NCBI GenBank assembly: GCA_963662585.1
Contig: OY759729.1
Location: 2,912,001-2,976,000 of the forward strand
Length of the DNA: 64,000 bases
Origin: Candidatus Cloacimonadales bacterium
GTDB lineage: Bacteria; Cloacimonadota; Cloacimonadia; Cloacimonadales; JAFGVF01
Direction: 5' to 3'
Below, in pieces: positions 29,722-38,911 of this stretch. The notes under the pieces were generated by a model. That model did no database searches. It was not told the DNA's origin and saw only the letters and a list, made by a program, of their open reading frames with translations. The position numbers were made by a program, and so were the translations under genes. The stretch's first letter is position 1. The number at the start of each line of letters is the position of its first letter.

Positions 29722-32286
29722 ATGCCATACTGTAGAAAATGTGGAAGCAAGATGGATGATAATGATTTTATGTGTCTAGAATGTGAAAGTCTAACAAAAG
29801 AGCAAGAGCTTGAGTTGAATGGTTATCCAGACAAGAAAGGAAAAGCCTTAAATTATCAAGGGTTTCGCTGGGCAGTTTCAAGTTCTGCTGGTAGAGGTGT
29901 ATCATTTGCCCTTCCTGAGGGATATGTTCGTAACCTAAGAAAATCAATTATTGCAGAGCTTGATACTTATAATTTAGGCTATCTATTTATTATTTTTGAT
30001 GGTGGTGCTGGGAAAATATCAGGAGATATGGCTAGTTTTAAGGCAGCTATGGATTTCTGGACAGAGTACTACTCAAATTCTAAAGTTGTGGATATAGAGG
30101 CTCGAATTCAAGAAGTAATTTCTAAAGTTAATACAAATTTGTATGAAAAGTATAAAGGAAGAGTTTCTTATGGAGAAGTTGGGACAAGTATAAGCGGAAT
30201 AGTTATTAAAAATAATCAAGTTCATTGTTTTAGTCTAGGGGATAGCAGGTGTTATCTTGTAAAAGACAATAAGATAGAATTAATTACTCAGGATGATGTT
30301 GAGGAGGATAGACGAACTGAAATTGATTTAGCTAGAAATAAAAAAATGCACCCAATTACAAAAGGACTTGGTTTTTCTCCTACTGCAGAACTTCATATTT
30401 ATCCACCTTTCACCCTTAACACTCAAAGCAAGATACTACTTACTTCTGCGGGGATTCATAATGTACTGACCGCTGAGCATATTCAAGAGCTAGTGGTTCA
30501 AAATGCTAGTCTTAAAGAGTTAGCTGATAAGTTAAGGCAAGAAACAACCAAGATAAACACGAAAACTGATTTTATTTCAATTTTGATTGATAGAAACCCG
30601 GAAGTAGATTCAAGTGAAACAGTTAGTGATCATTGTCCATATTGCGGCAATGAAATAGATACTAGTGATGTATATTGTACTTATTGTGGGAATGCTCACG
30701 AATTTAAAATTAATTCTCCTTCTCTTGCTGAAAAGAAAATCAAAAACAGAAAAGAGTTTGAAGCCTCACGATATCACCGAATAGATAGAATTGGTGAAGG
30801 AAGTCGTGGTCTTGTACTAAAAGTAAAAGATTTCAAAGATGATGGAAGCATAAAAGCTTTAAAAATATTAAATATCGACCAGTTACAAGATGAATCTCTA
30901 TCCTTTGAACTTGAATTAGAAGCAGAGAAAATGGCTAATATTGATCATCCATTTGTTGCTAAATTCTGGGATATTCATTTTCTGGATGATATAACTTTCT
31001 TGGAACAAGAATATGTACCAGGAGAGAGCTTAGCTAAAATTTCAGAGAATACTGCTAATAAAAGAATTTCTGAAAGGAGAGTTTGGCAGTTAGCTAGTCA
31101 AATATCTGCAGGTATGCAGGCAATTCATCGAGCCGATTTACTTCACCTAAATTTAAAAGCGGAGAATATCTTACAGACTAAGTTGGGTGATATAAAAATA
31201 GCTGATTATGCTATAACGGAGCTTTTAAAAAAAATAATTCCTAATTCCCAAGAGTTACTAATCTATGCTTCTCCAGAACAATTAGCAGGTAAAGATATTG
31301 GTAAACCAGCTGATGTGTGGTCTTTTGGAGCCTTGCTATATCATCTTCTAAGCGGTAAAACACTCTATTCTGCTACTAGTAATGATGATTTACTTCAACA
31401 AATTAAAAAACAACAATTTGCACCACTTTCAGAGTTATCAGATTCAATGAATGCCCTGCTTGCTAAATGTCTTAACTATTCACCTGAAGCTAGGTTTAGC
31501 AATTTTACTGAGGTAAGTGAATTCATAGATAATGCTTTAAAACTTTTACCAAAATTAGAAATCTCAGAAGATATTTTCATTAATAGCGTTTTAGTAGAGG
31601 GTGGGAGTTTTCAGATGGGCTCGGAAAATGGCAAAGATAATGAAAAACCTCTACACAAGGTAACTGTTTCAGATTTCTATATTGGAAAATATCAAGTGAC
31701 TCAAGCAGAATGGATGGAAATTATGGGTGAAAATCATTCTCTGTACAAGAAAGAAAACAATCCTGTAGAAAAGGTAAATTGGTATGATGCTGTGGAATAT
31801 TGCAATAAGAAAAGTATTAAAGACGGATTAGATCCCGTTTATTCTGCTAGCGGGAAAGAGATTAAGTGTGATTTTAGCAAAGTTGGTTATAGATTACCTA
31901 CCGAAGCAGAGTGGGAGTACGCAGCTAAAGGTGGTAAACTTTCCAATGGCTATAAGTATAGCGGTAGCGATAAATGCTATGAAGTAGCTTTAACTTGGGA
32001 TTATCATGTTGATTTCCCTAACCCTGTAGGTATTAATGCTCCTAATGAACTCGGTATCTATGATATGTCAGGTAATGTTTGTGAATGGTGTTGGGATTAC
32101 TTTAACAAGTATTCAGCTGAAGAAGTAACTAATCCTCTTGGTCCAATTCTAGGTGATGAAAGAGTTATCCGAGGTGGAAGTTGGGGATCATCTGAAAGCT
32201 CCTGTTGCGTGAGTTATCGTGAATTTAGAGAACCTAATAAGAGAAATTGTGAGATTGGGTTGAGGATTATTATAAATGCAAAATAA
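29722..32286 (+). CDS. Zn-ribbon + degenerate PP2C + Zn-ribbon + pseudokinase + FGE domain protein
   Basis: FDGGAG/GDSR present but TSAG replaces CSDG; kinase has HLNLKAEN and DYA; intact FGE motifs. Confidence 0.85.
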   Translation: MPYCRKCGSKMDDNDFMCLECESLTKEQELELNGYPDKKGKALNYQGFRWAVSSSAGRGVSFALPEGYVRNLRKSIIAELDTYNLGYLFIIFDGGAGKISGDMASFKAAMDFWTEYYSNSKVVDIEARIQEVISKVNTNLYEKYKGRVSYGEVGTSISGIVIKNNQVHCFSLGDSRCYLVKDNKIELITQDDVEEDRRTEIDLARNKKMHPITKGLGFSPTAELHIYPPFTLNTQSKILLTSAGIHNVLTAEHIQELVVQNASLKELADKLRQETTKINTKTDFISILIDRNPEVDSSETVSDHCPYCGNEIDTSDVYCTYCGNAHEFKINSPSLAEKKIKNRKEFEASRYHRIDRIGEGSRGLVLKVKDFKDDGSIKALKILNIDQLQDESLSFELELEAEKMANIDHPFVAKFWDIHFLDDITFLEQEYVPGESLAKISENTANKRISERRVWQLASQISAGMQAIHRADLLHLNLKAENILQTKLGDIKIADYAITELLKKIIPNSQELLIYASPEQLAGKDIGKPADVWSFGALLYHLLSGKTLYSATSNDDLLQQIKKQQFAPLSELSDSMNALLAKCLNYSPEARFSNFTEVSEFIDNALKLLPKLEISEDIFINSVLVEGGSFQMGSENGKDNEKPLHKVTVSDFYIGKYQVTQAEWMEIMGENHSLYKKENNPVEKVNWYDAVEYCNKKSIKDGLDPVYSASGKEIKCDFSKVGYRLPTEAEWEYAAKGGKLSNGYKYSGSDKCYEVALTWDYHVDFPNPVGINAPNELGIYDMSGNVCEWCWDYFNKYSAEEVTNPLGPILGDERVIRGGSWGSSESSCCVSYREFREPNKRNCEIGLRIIINAK

Positions 32287-32459
32287 TTATATAGTGTCTT
32301 TTTAAAAAAAAATAAGAGAATAAAATGAGTTGAATTATATCTTTTTAAAAATCGTGTAGTTTTTTAATTCACTCAAGCATTTTGAGTGTAACCAAGGTTT
32401 ATTTGATTTACATAGAAAAAATAAGATACTTGTCTGTATCTTATAACTAAGGAGAAAAA

Positions 32460-35400
32460 ATGCCTTTTTGTACAGAATGTGGGAGGTCTTATCAGGATGA
32501 AGCAAGATTTTGTCCTCATTGTGGTAATCCAAATGCATTAACTAAGAATATAGAACAAGAAATTGATAACGCTCATAAGCTCAGGAAATCCACTGAGCTT
32601 GGTCAATCAGGACAGTATGGCATGTCTGAGGATTTAGAAATAAGAAGAAAAACTAATGTTTCTGATGGTGGTAGTTATGGTTTGGACATATACAATTTAG
32701 AAAATGGGACAAAATTAGAAAATGGGAAATTTACTATAATTAAGAAACTAGGACAGGGAGGATTCGGTGTTGTCTATCAAGCTTCAGATGAGAATTTCAA
32801 TGGGAAGCTAAAAGCCTTAAAAATTATCAATAACGAACATTACAGCGATCGCTTGCTTATAGATAAACTCAAGAATGAAGCGATTAAAATGATCGATATA
32901 AATGACTCTAATGTTGTTAGATTATATTCTTTATATCTAGATGGTAATATTAAATTCTTTGATATGGAGTTTGTGGATGGTGGTGATTTAGTTGATTTAA
33001 TGCTTAAATATCGTGATTATAAAGTTCCTGAAGAGAAAGTTTGGGAATTAATTCCTCAAATAGCCCAAGGAATGCAAGCAATCCATGAAACAAAGATTTT
33101 TCACTTAGATCTAAAGCCCGAAAATATTCTTTTAACCTCTTCAGGAAGAGTTAAAATTACGGATTTTGGTATTTCAGAAACTAATAAAAGTTCTAAATCA
33201 AGAATAAAAAAAACAGAAGAAAAGGGGACTTATAACTTCGCATCTCCAGAGCAATTGGATGGTGATGAGGTAGGACGGGAATCAGACATTTGGTCTTTTG
33301 GTGTAACCTTATATCATATTTTAACAGGTAAAACACTTTATTCAGGGAAGTCAAGCTCAGATGTGATTACTCAAATTGAAAGAAGAGTCTTAAAACCTAT
33401 CATTGGCGTATCTGATAAAATGAATGCCTTGCTTGCTAAGTGTCTAAAGAGAGATTATAAAGAGAGGTTTAGGGATTTTGGAGAAGTGTTGGAGTTTGTC
33501 AAAACAGACTATTCTCTATCAATTTTTGATAGTTTTGATTATCTGTTAGATTTAGCAGTTAAAGGTGATAAAGATGCTCAATATAAGCTTGGTGATAAAT
33601 ACTATTATGGTTCTGGTGTAGAAGAAGACGAAGCTGAAGCAGTGAAGTGGTACAGAAAAGCAGCAAAACAAGGGAATAAAAAAGCACTAGTCGCTTTAAA
33701 AAACATCCAAGAAATTGTTAAAAGAGATAGCTTGAATAAAACTAAGATAGAAATTATACCCAAGAGTGGTAATGATAGTTTTTTAAATTTGGCAAATCTA
33801 TCCAATGGCTCAAAATTTATTAATGAGCGTTACACTATTCTTGAAAAGTTAGGAGCAAGTGGATTCGGAGTTGTTTATAAAGCTTCAGATGCTAATTATG
33901 ATGGTGAACTTAAGGCTCTTAAGGTTATCTATATTGAAAATTATAGCGATAGATTAGTTATGCATAAACTAAAAACTGAAGCTGAAAATATGATTAAGAT
34001 TAATCATCCTAATGTTGTCCGACTCTATGATCTTCATTTTGATGGTGAAATTAAGTTTTTAGATATGGAGTTTGTGGATGGTAGTGATTTAGCTGTTTTA
34101 ATGAAACAATATCCTAGATATAGAATTCCTGAAGAAAAGGTTTGTGAGTTAGTTCCTCAAATAGTTCATGGAATGCAAGCTATTCATGAAAAAAACATAC
34201 TCCATTTAAGCCTTAAACCCGAAAATATTCTCTTAACTTCTTCAGGAAGAATAAAAATCACGGATTTTGGTTTCTCAGAGAACTTTATGGAAGGTCCTAC
34301 TGTTTATGCTTCCCCTGAACAATTAATAGGAAGGAACATTGGTAAAGAGACCGATATATGGTCATTTGGTGTAACCTTATATCATCTTTTAACTGGCGAA
34401 ACACTTTATTCTGTAACTCAAAGTAGTGATATTTTAACTCAAATAAATAATCAGGAGTTTAAACCTATCTCAGGAGTATCTGATAAAATGAATACTCTGC
34501 TAGCTAAATGTTTGAAGAAAGATTACAAAGAGAGATTTAGGGATTTTGGAGAGGTGTTAGAGTATATAAAGCTAAGTAAATTAGACAAATATATATCTTC
34601 AAGTAGTTCAAAAGTTGAAGAAATCAACAATAGTAGTAAGCAGAAAACAAACTCATTATATGAAACAAAATTTAAATCAAAGAAAAAAATACCTTGGATT
34701 CATAGTGGTGAGTACTATGTTGAAAAATTTAAACTCAAACTATATTGGATTGGCTTATTCATTGGATTGATTATATTGCTATACCTATTATCCTTTCTAA
34801 AGGTCGATATATATAATTGTTTGGGAGATGGATATTTATATGGAAAATGTCTGATAAGTCAAAATCAGGAAAAGGCTTATCAATGGTATCGAAAATCAGC
34901 AGAGAATGGTGATGTGTATGCTCAGAATAATCTTGGTTGGATGTATTATAATGGTAATGGTGTAGATAAAGACTATACTGAAGCAGTAAAGTGGTTTAGA
35001 AAAGCGGCAGATCAAGGAAGTGCATATGCTCAAAATTATCTTGGTAGTATGTATTGGAATGGTTATGGTGTAGATAAAGACTATACTCAAGCAGTAAAAT
35101 GGTATCGAAAATCAGCAGAACAAGGATATGCAATTGCGCAAGATAATCTTGGTTTGATGTTTTGCAATGGCTATGGTATAGATAAAGACTATACTCAAGC
35201 AATAAAGTGGTACAGAAAATCAGCAGAACAGGGTGATGCAAGCGCTCAAAATAATCTTGGTTGGATGTATGAAAATGGTTATGGTGTAGATAAAGACTAT
35301 ACTGAAGCAGTAAAATGGTATCAAAAATCCGCTGAACAAGGAAATGCATTTGCTCAAAATAATCTTGGTTTGTTGTATAAAAATGGTTATGGTGTAGATA

Positions 35401-35825
35401 AAGATTATTCTGAGGCAGTAAAGTGGTACAGAAAATCAGCAGAACAGGGAAATGCATATGCTCAATATAATCTTGGTTTTATGTATCATAATGGTTATGG
35501 AGTAGATAAAGACTATTCTGAAGCAATAAAATGGTTTAGAAAATCAGCAGAACAGGGAAATGCAAGTGCTCAAAATAATCTTGGTTGGATGTATTGGAAT
35601 GGTTATGGAGTAGATAAAGACTATACTGAAGCAGTAAAATGGTATCAAAAATCCGCTAAACAAGGAAATGCAAGTGCTCAATATAATCTTGGTGTTATGT
35701 ATGAAAATGGTTATGGTGTAGATAAAGACGATGCTGAAGCAGTAAAATGGTATAAAAGATCAGCAGAACTAGGTGATAAAGATGCTATAAAAATTTTAGA
35801 AAAAAAGAGAATTAGTATTGATTAA
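32460..35825 (+). CDS. Zn-ribbon + kinase + Sel1 + pseudokinase + TM + Sel1-repeat protein
   Basis: Kinase 1 HLDLKPEN/DFG; kinase 2 HLSLKPEN; hydrophobic LYWIGLFIGLIILLYLLSFL; 8 canonical Sel1 repeats at the C-terminus. Confidence 0.9.
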   Translation: MPFCTECGRSYQDEARFCPHCGNPNALTKNIEQEIDNAHKLRKSTELGQSGQYGMSEDLEIRRKTNVSDGGSYGLDIYNLENGTKLENGKFTIIKKLGQGGFGVVYQASDENFNGKLKALKIINNEHYSDRLLIDKLKNEAIKMIDINDSNVVRLYSLYLDGNIKFFDMEFVDGGDLVDLMLKYRDYKVPEEKVWELIPQIAQGMQAIHETKIFHLDLKPENILLTSSGRVKITDFGISETNKSSKSRIKKTEEKGTYNFASPEQLDGDEVGRESDIWSFGVTLYHILTGKTLYSGKSSSDVITQIERRVLKPIIGVSDKMNALLAKCLKRDYKERFRDFGEVLEFVKTDYSLSIFDSFDYLLDLAVKGDKDAQYKLGDKYYYGSGVEEDEAEAVKWYRKAAKQGNKKALVALKNIQEIVKRDSLNKTKIEIIPKSGNDSFLNLANLSNGSKFINERYTILEKLGASGFGVVYKASDANYDGELKALKVIYIENYSDRLVMHKLKTEAENMIKINHPNVVRLYDLHFDGEIKFLDMEFVDGSDLAVLMKQYPRYRIPEEKVCELVPQIVHGMQAIHEKNILHLSLKPENILLTSSGRIKITDFGFSENFMEGPTVYASPEQLIGRNIGKETDIWSFGVTLYHLLTGETLYSVTQSSDILTQINNQEFKPISGVSDKMNTLLAKCLKKDYKERFRDFGEVLEYIKLSKLDKYISSSSSKVEEINNSSKQKTNSLYETKFKSKKKIPWIHSGEYYVEKFKLKLYWIGLFIGLIILLYLLSFLKVDIYNCLGDGYLYGKCLISQNQEKAYQWYRKSAENGDVYAQNNLGWMYYNGNGVDKDYTEAVKWFRKAADQGSAYAQNYLGSMYWNGYGVDKDYTQAVKWYRKSAEQGYAIAQDNLGLMFCNGYGIDKDYTQAIKWYRKSAEQGDASAQNNLGWMYENGYGVDKDYTEAVKWYQKSAEQGNAFAQNNLGLLYKNGYGVDKDYSEAVKWYRKSAEQGNAYAQYNLGFMYHNGYGVDKDYSEAIKWFRKSAEQGNASAQNNLGWMYWNGYGVDKDYTEAVKWYQKSAKQGNASAQYNLGVMYENGYGVDKDDAEAVKWYKRSAELGDKDAIKILEKKRISID
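34920..35783 (+). repeat. Eight 108-bp coding tandem repeats (Sel1)
   Basis: Period 108 (GCTCAG at 34920, GCTCAA at 35028, ...); AQxxLGxMYxNGYGVDKDYxEAVKWYRKSAEQG. Confidence 0.9.
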
Positions 35826-35922
35826 TCCTTGAAGTGCCACCAAAAACTATATTTATTATAAGAAATAAAAAAATATCTTTCGTTAAAAAAATAGAATAAG
35901 CAAAAAAGACAAAGGAGCAAGG

Positions 35923-37797
35923 ATGCCTTTTTGTAGAAAATGTGGTAATGATATAGAAAATAATGATTTGTATTGTCCGGTTTGTGGTGAACCCAACAAG
36001 CTAATAGCTAAAGCTAAAACAGCTGTTACTGATAATTCTAATAATTTACGCTCACATACTCTTGTTTCCGAAAGTGGAAGTTATGGCTTAAATGTTAAAA
36101 ATCTCCTTGTAGGTACTACATTGGAAAACGGACGCTACACTATTCTTGAAAAGTTAGGAGCAGGTGGATTCGGAGTTGTTTATAAAGCTTCAGACGCTAA
36201 TTATGATGGTGAACTTAAGGCTCTTAAAGTTATTTATAGTGAAAATTATAGCGATAGATTAGTTATGCATAAACTAAAAACTGAAGCTAAAAATATGATT
36301 AAGATCAATCACCCTAATGTAGTCAGACTCTATGATGTTCATTTTGATGGTGAGATTAAATTTTTAGATATGGAGTTTGTGGATGGTGGCGATTTAGTTG
36401 ATTTAATGCTAAACTGTCCTGAAAACAAGGTTTCTGAAAATAAAGTATGGGAGCTGGCTAAACAAATTGCCCAAGGGATGCAAGCTATTCATCAGGTAAA
36501 TCTTATTCATCAAGATTTAAAACCAGAAAATATTCTACTTACTAAATCAGGAGTCGTTAAGATTACTGACTTTGGTATTTCTGAGAGCTTTAGAAGTTCT
36601 AAATCGAGAATAGAAGAGAGTGATATAAAGGGAACCTATATCTATGCTTCTCCAGAGCAATTAGTTGGAAAGAATGTGGGTAAAGAGGCGGATGTTTGGT
36701 CATTTGGGTCTACTTTATATCATATTCTAACTGGAGAAACACTTTATTCTGGGATTCAAAGTAGTGAAATAATTCTACAAATAGATAGAAGAGAGTTTGA
36801 AGAAATTCCTGACATCTCAAGTAAAATGAATAGAATGCTAAGTTTGTCTTTAAAACGAAATTTCTTAGAACGATTTAATGATTTTGAACATTTATTAGGT
36901 TTTATTAATAATAATGCTGAAACAGAGAATTATTATAACATTGAAACAACCAAGGTCACTTCTAACATAAAAATGAATAATGGTAGTTATCTAGAAAATA
37001 GCATGATTTTTGTAGCAGGTGGGGTATTTTTAATGGGATCTAATTGTGGAAAATCTGTTGAAAGCCCTGTTCATGAAGTAGAATTATCAGATTTCTACAT
37101 TGGGAAATATCCAGTTACTCAAGAAGAATGGATTGATATAATGGGCTCTAATCCTTCACGATTTCAAAAAGGTAGAAGAACTGAGAGTGCATTCATTTTT
37201 GGCTGGGAAATTCTTGGGGAAACATTGAAACATCCAGTCGAAAGTATCTCTTGGACTGAGGCCATAGAATTTTGTAACAGAAAAAGTGTTAGGGATGAGC
37301 TAGAACCAGTATATTCAGGTCCTAGTGGTAATCCAATATGTGATTTTAACAAAAATGGCTATCGGTTACCAACTGAGGCTGAATGGGAATTTGCAGCTAG
37401 AGGGGGGAATCACTCAAAAGGTTTTGTCTATAGTGGAGGAACTAATATTGATTTTGTAGCATGGTATAAAGAAAATTCAAAAAATTCTACCCAGCAGGTA
37501 GGTTTAAAGAAACCTAATGAACTTGGTATTTTTGACATGTCTGGAAATGTTTATGAATGGTGTTGGGATTTGTTTAAGCCATATCATAAAAAATCAGTAA
37601 AAAACCCTAAAGGGCACAAAAGCATTTTTATCAACTGTCCTATTGTTGTTAGAGGCGGTTGCTGGCAAAAACATGACAGTAGTTGCTTGGTCTCTTCTAG
37701 ATTTAATTTTTTGAGAAGAGGGGGAATTTTAAAATCTTCAAAATCATATATCGGTTTACGATTAGCCAGTAGTGCTAAGCAGACTAAAATTAGTTAA
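35923..37797 (+). CDS. Zn-ribbon + Ser/Thr kinase + FGE-sulfatase domain protein
   Basis: GAGGFG, HQDLKPEN, DFG; RLPTEAEWEFAA, DMSGNVYEW. Confidence 0.92.
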   Translation: MPFCRKCGNDIENNDLYCPVCGEPNKLIAKAKTAVTDNSNNLRSHTLVSESGSYGLNVKNLLVGTTLENGRYTILEKLGAGGFGVVYKASDANYDGELKALKVIYSENYSDRLVMHKLKTEAKNMIKINHPNVVRLYDVHFDGEIKFLDMEFVDGGDLVDLMLNCPENKVSENKVWELAKQIAQGMQAIHQVNLIHQDLKPENILLTKSGVVKITDFGISESFRSSKSRIEESDIKGTYIYASPEQLVGKNVGKEADVWSFGSTLYHILTGETLYSGIQSSEIILQIDRREFEEIPDISSKMNRMLSLSLKRNFLERFNDFEHLLGFINNNAETENYYNIETTKVTSNIKMNNGSYLENSMIFVAGGVFLMGSNCGKSVESPVHEVELSDFYIGKYPVTQEEWIDIMGSNPSRFQKGRRTESAFIFGWEILGETLKHPVESISWTEAIEFCNRKSVRDELEPVYSGPSGNPICDFNKNGYRLPTEAEWEFAARGGNHSKGFVYSGGTNIDFVAWYKENSKNSTQQVGLKKPNELGIFDMSGNVYEWCWDLFKPYHKKSVKNPKGHKSIFINCPIVVRGGCWQKHDSSCLVSSRFNFLRRGGILKSSKSYIGLRLASSAKQTKIS

Positions 37798-37885
37798 TAT
37801 TATCCTGGACACCTCAAACAGAATAAAGAGAAAATTTTTTGAAAGTAATGTTTATTGGGTCAAACTTTTAGAATACGGAGAGAAA

Positions 37886-37993
37886 ATGCCTTTCTTACAG
37901 AATGAAAAAAGTCTTTATGACAGTACTAAATTGGGAAAAGAACTTTACACTATTCTTGAAAAGCTAGAAAATTCCATAATGAGGTTTAAATGA
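37886..37993 (+). pseudogene. Collapsed remnant of another kinase paralog
   Basis: GGAG RBS, MPF start and YTILEKL; TACACTATTCTTGAAAAG matches the paralogs at 33831 and 36136 exactly. Confidence 0.6.
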
Positions 37994-38598
37994 AATACTT
38001 AAAATATATAGTCTTACTGATTTTATATTTTGTTCTCTTTTCTTATGCAAAACAATATAAGGCAATTGTAAGCAAGATAGAGTTCTCAAGTTTGTTATTA
38101 TTTATTGCACTATTTATAATATGTAGTTTCTTTAGCTATTTTTATTTAAACAAGAAGATACAATTTTGGCAGGTATTTGCTCATGAAATATCTCATTTGA
38201 TCTTTGCTCTTTTATTTTTTAGAAAAATTACCAGCTTTGTAGTTGCCGAGAATTCAGGCTCAGTCTCCTACCAAGGAAGAGGAAACTGGATAATTACTTT
38301 GGCACCTTATACATTTCCTTTAATAACACTAGTTCTTCTTTCTTTTGCCACAATAGGTAATTATTATACTATTCCTCACAAAATTATAATTACAGCTAGT
38401 TATTCTCTCTATTTTTCAAGAATGCTAGCAGATTTCTCTTGGAAAGAACCTGATTTGCTGAAAGCTGGTAGAGTTTTCTCAACACTTTGGGTAGCTGGGA
38501 TAAATGTCATAATCTTCCTTTTTATATTATTTTATCTTCAAAATGAAATTGATTTTATTCTTAACCTTACTAAAGGATTTATTCCAAAATTCATCTAA
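37990..38598 (+). CDS. M50B-like membrane metallopeptidase
   Basis: Multi-TM; FAHEISH (HExxH), ITLAPY, downstream PDL. Confidence 0.75.
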   Translation: MKYLKYIVLLILYFVLFSYAKQYKAIVSKIEFSSLLLFIALFIICSFFSYFYLNKKIQFWQVFAHEISHLIFALLFFRKITSFVVAENSGSVSYQGRGNWIITLAPYTFPLITLVLLSFATIGNYYTIPHKIIITASYSLYFSRMLADFSWKEPDLLKAGRVFSTLWVAGINVIIFLFILFYLQNEIDFILNLTKGFIPKFI

Positions 38599-38605
38599 GG
38601 AGGAT

Positions 38606-38911
38606 ATGATGAACTATCAAGATGAGTTGACTTTAAAAGAGACAGGTATTCTTGCCCAAAAAGATTTAGAACTTTTAGCAGAGTATAACATTGAGACCAT
38701 CGAACAACTATTAGGGGCTACAAACGGATTACAGAATATAGATATTTTTAATGAAATGGATAACAAAGGCCACAAAATTGATTTATTGCTAAAGCTTGTC
38801 CCACAAATAATCTTGGAAAGCTATCGTAGATTTGAAAATGACCAGCCTACTGGTCTTTTATCTGATGAAGAAGAAGGGATAAATCTGGAGGATGATAATG
38901 AGAGAGAATGA
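38606..38911 (+). CDS. Small acidic protein sharing a motif with the N-terminus of the downstream protease
   Basis: AAGGAGG RBS and ATG at 38606; LAEYNIETIEQLLGA vs LKKYNIHTIGQLYGA. Confidence 0.7.
   Translation: MMNYQDELTLKETGILAQKDLELLAEYNIETIEQLLGATNGLQNIDIFNEMDNKGHKIDLLLKLVPQIILESYRRFENDQPTGLLSDEEEGINLEDDNERE

Noticed and set aside
34896..35457. Minus-strand repetitive ORFs
   Set aside because: Antisense shadows of the 108-bp Sel1 repeats.
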